This document shows positions 55,714 through 64,000 of a stretch of 64,000 nucleotides of DNA, in pieces. Each line of letters opens with the position of its first letter. Within the stretch, counting starts at the first letter, position 1. The DNA is from the human T2T-CHM13v2.0 reference genome, Homo sapiens: the NCBI RefSeq assembly GCF_009914755.1, contig NC_060932.1. One strand, 5' to 3'. The position numbers were made by a program, and so were the translations under genes. The notes below the pieces were generated by a model. That model was not told the origin of the DNA. It ran no database searches and saw nothing but the letters and a program-made list of their open reading frames with translations.

Positions 55714-55941
55714 ATTTTTCCCCTTTCTGTATCTGAAAGGGGATTCATTTCATTCAATGAAATGAATTATTAAAATTAATTTCACCTGTTTATTTTTACT
55801 CATTTAATGTAGCTACTAGAACATTTAAAAGTATGTGTGTGTCCTTGTATTGTATTTCTATTGGACAGAGCTGTCTAGAATGCTGAAGCCTAGACGGATG
55901 TTTTCAGATACAGAAACCTGATTTTTCCCCTTTCTGTATCT
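55714..55941. repeat. Complex local duplication: 157-bp copy (55752-55908) of 56428-56587 inserted into a MIR
   Basis: Direct alignment shows 4 substitutions and one 3-bp indel; flanked by identical 21-mers ATTTTTCCCCTTTCTGTATCT. Confidence 0.95.
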
Positions 55942-56227
55942 CAGCATCCCTACCTATAAAACAAGGAGGTTGAACCATAGTTACCCCAAGTTCTTTTCCA
56001 TTCATGAGCCCTTCAATTTGTCACCAGATAGTAAATGATGTTAAAATAAACACCTGATTTTTCACATCTTTGCCAATTTCTCTCCCTTCAGACAGAACTA
56101 ATCCCATCTGCCTTGGTCTTCTCTTGGTACCCAGTTCCCACCTCTGCTCCTGAACTTACCACGTGCTCCTGCCACTGGCTCACATAGAAGCCGCTAGAAG
56201 AAAAAGGCCATGTCTTCCCCTCCAGAA

Positions 56228-56552
56228 CTGCCCTGTCCAGTATGGACGCCACTGGTTTCTGTGACTGCCCAGCACTTAGAGTGTGGTGAGTCCAAATCGA
56301 GATGTGCTGGAAGCGTAAAATACACACTGGATTTCAAAGACTTAGGGAGAAAAAAAAAGAATGTAAAAACTCGTTAATTATGTTTACAGTGATTATACGT
56401 TGAAATGATAATATTTGGCTATGATGGATTCAATGAAATGGATTATTAAAATTAACTTCACCTGTTTATTTTTACTCATTTAATGTAGCTACTAGAACAT
56501 TTAAAAGTATGTGTGTGTCCTTGTATTATATTTCTATTGGACAGAGGAGCTG
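56228..56552 (-). mobile_element. MER33 (hAT-Charlie)
   Basis: CTGCCCTGTCCAGTATGG...AAAATACACACTGGATTTCAAAGACTTAG...TTTCTATTGGACAG..GCTG. Confidence 0.85.
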
Positions 56553-56789
56553 TCTAGAATGCTGAAGCTTAGACGGATGTTTTCAGAGAGGTGATTTGTT
56601 AAATGTTTAAGAATGGATGAGCAGGCTCTCAAGTTCTTCCTTAGCAATTTGACTGTGGCCCTGAGTTTAAAATTATCACTATCACCATGTCTTTGTCATA
56701 TTTACACCACTCTTAACATTTTGTATCAGGGAGACTAATTGCAAATTGCCATTAAAGTCAGCCAAGAAGAGAAAGACAAGCACTATGGT

Positions 56790-57140
56790 TAGTCCAACAA
56801 ATAATTATTGAGCATATGCTATTGCCAGGCACCTCTAGAAACTTGGGATCAGGGAACAAAGTGAACATAGACCTTGTCCTTGAGGAAAGCAGGGCAGGGG
56901 TAAAAATGGCAAGTTAATGACATTGTATATTAGAAGGTGATAAATGCTAACGCAAAAGAGAGAACAAAATGAGGGTTAGGGAGGACCAGGTTGCAATATT
57001 AAATGCGTCGTCTTGGTAGGTCTCGTTGAAAAGGGCAGATTTTAAGCAAAGATTTGAAGGAAGTAGGGAGTGTTCAAGTGACTCCCTGGAATAAATGCAT
57101 TTTTAGGCAACAGGAATAGCTAAAGAGATGGGCCTCTGGC
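56790..57140 (-). mobile_element. L2 3' fragment
   Basis: CAACAAATAATTATTGAGCA...GCCAGGCAC...GCAAAGATTTGAAGGAAGT. Confidence 0.65.
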
Positions 57141-57964
57141 AAGCTGTGTAAGTTAAAGGAGTCAGGAGACCCAGGCTTGTGTCTCTAAGCCTCAGTTTCC
57201 CCACATCATATAGGTCTCTTCTGTTTAGGTCCTGCACAGCTCAGGCACTCACAGCTTCACCACCTACATCCTCAGAACTGTCAGTGCCCGTCCACATGCC
57301 CTCCCTCCCCCACCACCCCCAGCAGAGGCTTCAGGCCGTCTCTCTGGTTATCTGAATTCTAGAAAGAAAAGGCTGTACCTGGAGCAATGGGGGAGGAGGT
57401 GAACGGAGACAGATACAACTTATTTACAGATCAGGACAGTCTGTGGGCTGCTTTGGAAACCTGGCGAAGCAAATCTGTATGAAGAACAGCCAGTTGCTGA
57501 AAAAATAATCCCAGGGGAGCCACTCAGCTCACTTGCCAGCAGGCCTGGATCCCTCTCCACTGAGGCGGTTAGGAAAATGGCAGGGTGGAGGCAAAGCCCA
57601 TTGCAATTGCGTGCTAATTGGGTTCCCTGCCACCTCTCCACTCTCCACTCTGCCATGCGGGTCTAAGCATGTCATTTCTGTGCTTCACAGTGTGCCATCC
57701 GATGCCTCCAAGTACAAAGTTCTAAGCAGGATAAATGAAGTTCATCCATCACAGCCTGGCCTCACCAAATGCTGCAGCTTTGATTCTCTTTTCTATCTAG
57801 ACCCTTCCTGACACATCCCACTTTTCCCTCCAAGCCCCTGTGCAAGACCCACTGCCCCAACAAGCTCCTCCATCAGCCCAAGATGTCCCTCTTTCCTTGT
57901 ACACCTGGCAGACCCCACACACTGCTCTCCAAGGCATCAGCACAAATGTGTCCTTCTCTAAGAT

Positions 57965-58215
57965 TATAGATCCTGGAGTTGGACTCCAAATCCCATCTCA
58001 TCCACTTCGTACCACATGTCTAGGGAGAGTTGCTTACCCCCTAAGCTTTGGGTTCCTCACCCATCAGATAGGATAAAATAGTACACACCCAGTGGAGTTC
58101 TAAAGTAGAGTGGCCCAGTGGGGGTGAACAGCTTATCATTGTGCCTGGCACGCAGGAAGCACACAGTAAGTGGTGATGCTGTTACTGCCTTGTAAATATT
58201 ATTACCATTATTATT
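57965..58215 (+). mobile_element. MIR SINE
   Basis: CTGGAGTTGGACTCCAAATCCC...GTGCCTGGCACGCAGGAAGCAC and (TTA)n-like tail. Confidence 0.6.
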
Positions 58216-58649
58216 TTAACAATGACTGCTGCTACGACTACCACTGCTCATGAAGACAGAATGGCTCCTCCCTCCACTGTGTTCCCATACGTCTTCGTTT
58301 GAGTTCCATAAACTTGGTGTTGATTCCCTCAAAATCAGACTCTGTAATAAGGATTTGGATGCAAAGAGTTTATTTGGGAAGTCATCCCAGGAAGACAAAT
58401 GAGGAAATGCAAGAAGTGAGACAGGGAGGTAAAAACACCAAGCAAGGGTGTGCTGATGAGAGAATTATCTCTGTGGGTAACTGAAGCTCAAACAACTGGG
58501 CACCCTTTCAGGAGGCATTTCACTTATCAATTAGGCAATGAAATGCTGAAGACCCACTACTGCCCAGACATGGCATATTTCAAGGAAATGGGCCACTGCT
58601 GAAGGGAACTACTGCACAGCTGGATGTCAAATATCTGTTACAAAACCTC

Positions 58650-59180
58650 CAGAGTTTGCAAATGCTTTGACTTAGCAATTCCACTTGGAAGAATTTATCC
58701 TAGGTGAATAATCATAGATGTACACAAAAATACCCCTAAAGAATTTCTCTTTCCAGAATTTTCTATAATAGTGAAAAACTGGACACAATCTAAAGGCCCA
58801 ACAACAGAAGAGTAGATAATTAAATCATCTTTCATCTCCACGGTGGAATACTCAGCAGCCACTGAAAATGATTTTAAGAATATTTAATGTCACAGAAAAC
58901 TGATTGTAACGTATTGTGAAGTCATTTTTAAAAGCAGGTACATACACACACAAACTAATGTATATGACATGACCTAATAAGAGTTTCAATAATAGTTTAA
59001 TGTAATACTTAGACGCACACGCATGCAGGCATGTATGTGTACACGCACAAAGTCCTAGAAAGATAATGACTAAAAATGATGCCAGTGGTACTAATTCAGT
59101 GGTTGAATTACATTTTAATTTTCTTGTTTTTTTTTTCTTATCTGTAATTTCAAAACGTTCTACAGTATTCATGTGTTATG
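58650..59180 (+). mobile_element. L1ME-like 3' fragment
   Basis: CTTTGACTTAGCAATTCCACTTGGAAGAATTTATCCTA...GGAATACTCAGCAGCC. Confidence 0.7.
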
Positions 59181-60369
59181 GGGATACTCTGACAGCACAC
59201 AAGCTGCCTACTGAGAGAGGCGATGAGAAGGTTGAGCATCACCCAAATTGCTGCCTGTGCAAACGGGTTTGTATTGTTCCCTAATAGGAAAGGTCATAGA
59301 TCAAGCAACTCCAGGAGCCTGGCTTGCCTCCAGTCATAAAGGAGCCCATCTGGGACATGTGGATCTCTGAAAACACACGGGCTCTTCCCAAGAGCCCACA
59401 ATCAGAAAAGGATGTCAAATATTTTCTGGGTTTTTTTTTCTCAGTAAATTTCTCTATCTCCAAATTTTAATCATTGAACTAGGGCAACCTGCTGGTTTAT
59501 GTTGCTTAAAGGCTGATTAAAACGATTTGATTCTATGAAGTTACCAGTAGATTTTAAAAGGAAAAAACTGCAAAAAAACTAGTCTTTCTAATTTCTGGTC
59601 CTCAGGCCCTTTGGAGATCTTATTTCAGTTCTCCTTTGAGGAGTGACTATCCTTTAAGGAGGGAATACAGGATATGCATAAGGAAAGGAGGAGACTGCAT
59701 GGAGAATCTTTCCATTCACTGGGAATTTTTTCTCTGGTTTGAGGAGAGGAGGAGGAGGAGGGCCTCCTGCCCTTGTCTGATTTTTCTCTCCTACAATAGC
59801 ATTAGAGGAACTTTCATCATTTCTAGTACCTCTGTCTACTCTCTTGACAGCTGCCCCCTAAGAGAAGGAGGCAAGCTCCTGTAACTGACCAGAGCCTGGA
59901 ATGATCATCAGACTGTGTTTTACTGGCGGGTGGAGCTGGCGCACCCCTTCACTTTCTGCATCGGCACACACAGACCTCTTCCCAAAGGAAGCCTTCTCTC
60001 TGTACCTGATTCTCTGCCCATTACTGGGTTTGTCATGCAACCTGGCCATCCCTACCCATGAAGCTGGTTGGGTAAGTGGACTTAGAGATGGCACTGCATG
60101 GCCAGGCAGTCTAGACTTGAGGAACAGAGAAAAGGTGGCCCCATTTTCTTCAGATCTAAGGCTCTGATCTATTATCCAGCTTTTATCCAAAAACACCTTC
60201 ATTTGGGGGTTTTGTAGTACTGGCAAATCATCGTGAAAGCTCGTACTTTGTTCTTCATTTGACTGCTGTTCCTTATATACAACTTGGCCAGGAACCCATG
60301 GGGTAGCAGGGATGAGTGGGAGGATTTACTGTCATCCTGACCAGCCTTTAAATCTGGACATCTGCTACA

Positions 60370-60700
60370 TGGCTGGCATTGTGTGGGTGCTGAATACACA
60401 AGGAAGACACTGCCCTTGCCCTTGAGGGGCTCATAGCCTGTGGGAGGAGGCAGAATTGTAAGCAAATAAGTGTGACAATAGGTACAATATGGTGTGATAA
60501 ATACTATAATACAACAATGTACAAAGTGCCAGGAGAGCACAGAGAAGGAGAAAACTCATTCAGCTGCAACAGAGGGATTGGAAAAGAGCCTGGGAAGACT
60601 TCAAAGAGGAAGTGACATTTAAGCTCCATCTTAAAGATTAAACAAGAGAGAAGCAAGACCAGGAGATTCCAAGCAGAAGAGACAGTATGTGCAAAAAAAA
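60370..60700 (-). mobile_element. L2 3' fragment
   Basis: CCCTTGCCCTTGAGGGGCTCATAG...GGAAGACTTCAAAGAGGAAGTGACATTTAAGCT. Confidence 0.65.
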
Positions 60701-61852
60701 AAAAAGGAGGGGGAGAGGCAGAGCTCTGTGCGCACTTTATAGGAGGGTAAGGCATAGACTACTGGGGTCGTAGTGATTTTCTTATTTTATTAATCTGTAT
60801 AAGCTCTTTATAAATTGAAGCAGTCATTCCTTTGTATATTGGTGTTGTTAATCAGAGACTTTATCTGCAGTAGTGTATGGAGGAGGTTACAGTGGGGAAA
60901 GCCTGGAGAGAAGGCTGTTGGTCCTCTCGGAAGCAATGTAGAACCGGAGCAGGTAGGGAACAAGGGTGCATGCCAAGTGAAGGGGCAAGAGTGGACGTCA
61001 AACCAGAAGGAGAATCTGCTGCATCCTAGTGGAGTGTTCTTTGTTCTACCTCATACAGGGTGCAGCCTAGAAGGGGCCTCAGGCAATGAAAGGATTGGCT
61101 GCCTGTGGAGTTTTTAGGGGAGAGATATGGACATTTCGAAAATAAATATCTCCTTCATCATTTCCATAAAGCCCTACTCTTCTGGTGGAATTCCACTTAC
61201 TCAAATTTCAGTTGAGAAAGCCCTTGGTAATGAGAAAATTAGTTAATGTTTTATTATGTGCTGGACCATTAACAAGGGCTTCATGAAGAAGATGAGATTG
61301 AATTTGGTCTTGAAGAAGGTAGGATTTGGGTGCATGGGGAAGAGATGAGCACAGCAATCCCAAGAAAAGATTCCTTCATGCTTCTACTAACCACTGTCTT
61401 GGCTTAGCACCCTTTCTTAGATAAGTTGTTTTTGGTTTCAAATTAACAAAAATCAAGTGAGTCTAGCTCAGTGAAAAGAGGAGGAAGTGTGGGAGAGATA
61501 ATGGGTGTCTCACAAACTGTCACCTCAGTTCCAACCACTTGCAAAGACTTTGCTCAAGGTCTCCCTCTTTCAATCCTAGTTCTCAGAAACAGATCTGATT
61601 GGCCCACCTGGAGTCACAGGTTCAATCCCAGCCAGTCAACTCTTGCTTAAGGTCTGCATCTCATGGAATCAACCTTGCTGCTTGGGGCAAAAAAAAAAAA
61701 AAAAAAAAAAGTCAGCATAAGCAAATTCACTGTAACCAAATTCAGTTCTTTCAGGAGGAGAGAGAATACATCCTTGAGGTTCCTTCTGTCCTGGAGCTAA
61801 AGATGCAGCTGAAACCTATGACCAATTAGAAACCTTAATTTGGCGTGCAAAA

Positions 61853-62032
61853 TAGAGTTGCCAGAATCAGCAAATAAAAATACCAGATGCCCCATAAAAT
61901 TTGAATACTTAACCTACAAGCGCTTAGTAAAAGTATGCTCTATGCAATATTCGAGACATACTAAAAAATTCTTCATTGTTTATATGAAATTAAAATTTAA
62001 TTGGGCATCCTGCATTTTATCTGCCAGCCCTA
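61853..62032. mobile_element. MER53 palindromic DNA element
   Basis: TAGAGTTGCCAGA..AGCAAATAAAAATAC...AAATTTAATTGGGCATCCTGCATTTTATCTGCCAGCCCTA. Confidence 0.85.
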
Positions 62033-62554
62033 GTGGAAAGGCCATACTTTTGCAGGACTCTGAATTCTTGACATTTCCAAAATAATAATCATAACTCTGG
62101 GAATGTAAATGCCTGAGACAGATGTAGGGGTTTGCAATATGCCAAATTGAGGACACCGAGAGTGAAGCTGGCACCCTGAGAGGGAGAGGTGGATCTGCAT
62201 AATTATCAGTGAATTAAATTGCTTTGTTGCAGAGAGTCAGCTTATTAAATATGCATTTCAATTTTGGAGTGGTTGGCTGAAGAATTTGAGTATCAACAGA
62301 TGGGAAATCCCTTGCTGCAGCCATGACCTTTACCTGTCATGCTGGTTCACAGGACCACATGCAAGAAGACATGATTATTATTCTCCCAAGTGTCATTCTC
62401 CGGAGGCTTTGGACAGGGAGCATGAGGCTCCCATTGGGCAGGCTGGGCTGGGAATGTGGCAAGCCACATGGCTACCTAGATGGGCACATGGCCTTGTTGG
62501 CTTATGCTAATCTTCTCATATGACTTGGCTCTTCCCTCTCTGTGAAAACAACAC

Positions 62555-62735
62555 TGTTCTTAGTGTTTAACAAACTTGAGTCCTGGTCCTGCCGCTGTCT
62601 CTCTCAAGCTTTATGAGCTGGAGCAAATCATAAAACCTCTCTGAGCCTCAGTTTCCTCAGTTGTTAATTGGGGATAATATTACCCATCTAACAAGGTCAT
62701 TGGGTAGAGTCAATGGCTCCCTGCCTATGTAATTG
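62555..62735 (+). mobile_element. MIR SINE
   Basis: AACCTCTCTGAGCCTCAGTTTCCTCA...GGGGATAAT core. Confidence 0.75.
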
Positions 62736-63916
62736 TACCAGTCCCTCAAACTTGCCCTAGTCTCTCTCCTCCTATTGTCTGTGTTCCCAAGGTGAGCCAT
62801 TTTAATAGTGTCCTCCTAACTACATTAAAAGGCATGCTTTGCTAAGCTCTAATTGTAGAGATTTATTATTCCACTGTCTCCAACTCTGAGCCACCCAGCT
62901 TGCTGGCATCAAATCATAAAACTGATCCATGTTAGCCAGACCCAGCAGGGCTCTCCCTGAGCTCGATCATCCTTTTACTCTTTTCCAACAGGACCATAGC
63001 TCAGAGCTTTTTATGGCTAAAACACAATGTGAGGTTTTGTTTGCACATTGCACACATGACCAGGAAGAGGAATAGGTTCATGGGATCTTGCCCTGGAAGC
63101 CTTATCTAATCCCTAAGAAGAGAAGTGCTTCAAGAGAAGATGAGAAGACTGCCTTGATGAGGGATTTTCTGAGGCATGGGGGCCCTCATAGCACTGCTTT
63201 GGAGCCTAGGTGACAAAGTGTGACTAAGTGTGTGATAGACACTAAGATACACCAGGATCCAGTTCCCAGTCCCCTTGCACTTGAGTGAGTGAGATGCTGT
63301 GTGTCATTCCCATACACTTAATTGACCATACAAACCCCTCCAAAATCCTCTTTCCCAGAGAATATCTACAGAGAGGCTAAGCGTTCCAGATGGTGCTGTT
63401 CCAGACCAGTGGAGGCTCTGTGACCCTGGCTTGCAAAGTTGTTGCTGAGTTACACGGGATCCACAGCAGGCGTTGCAATCCACACACAGATGTAGGTCTG
63501 AAAGTGTCATCAGACTAAAGTTTCCAAAACACACAGTTTACCATTATTATATCCATTGTGCTCTAAGGTTTTCTATTTTATTTCATTTTGCTTTTTTTTA
63601 TATTCAGGTCAACTCCACTCATAGATTTCATGATATGTGCTGGGACTTCAGACTCCCACTCTACGACTCCCACTCTGCTACTCTCTCTAACAGCACTGAC
63701 CTGCATTCTGCTGGTCACCCTCTGTAATTTCAGGTCAGTTTATGTTCAATTGTTCAGTGTCCGCTTGTCCATTAGGCTGTGATCTCCACGAGGGCAAGGA
63801 CCAGGTCTGTGTTGTTTGCTCCTCAGACCCAGCACTGACACTAAATGAGCCCTCCTAAAACCTTGATTGACAGGTTAAAATATATATATCAATGATATTG
63901 CTGCAGTGTCTATGAA

Positions 63917-64000
63917 TGTATTAGTTAGGGTTCTCCAGAAAAACAAGAGAGCGAGAGAGAGAGGAGATTGCAAGGAATTGACCTATGTGACTATGTAAGC
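63917..64000 (-). mobile_element. MLT2-type ERVL LTR (cut by window edge)
   Basis: TGTATTAGTTAGGGTTCTCCAGA...AAGGAATTGAC. Confidence 0.7.

Noticed and set aside
55714-55941. New MITE with 15-bp TIRs and 21-bp TSD
   Set aside because: The left inverted repeat overlaps the direct repeat, and the interior is a copy of adjacent local DNA. Templated repair fits better.

Overview
This window is human-type non-coding genomic DNA. It is a repeat-dense intronic or intergenic region with about 20 Alus (J, S and Y classes, including a consensus-like AluYb8), old L1M, L2 and MIR fragments, many MaLR/ERVL LTRs (MLT1, two THE1A elements, MLT2A1), hAT and Tigger DNA transposons, and several microsatellites. 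I recognise no protein-coding gene, RNA gene, CRISPR array or novel multi-gene system. The ORF track is explained by repeats and chance ORFs. The most notable signals are: (1) a patchwork templated insertion at 55.7-55.9 kb that copies 157 bp from about 680 bp downstream; (2) an older inverted-duplication scar of an MLT1 LTR at 17.4-17.8 kb; (3) a very young AluYb8 with a 17-bp TSD; (4) a five-level nested transposon stack at 27.6-31.6 kb; (5) a strong CTCF motif and a few candidate enhancers and exons. Repeat names come from recalled consensus sequences matched by eye. Subfamily calls and the boundaries of old repeats are approximate and need RepeatMasker/Dfam confirmation.
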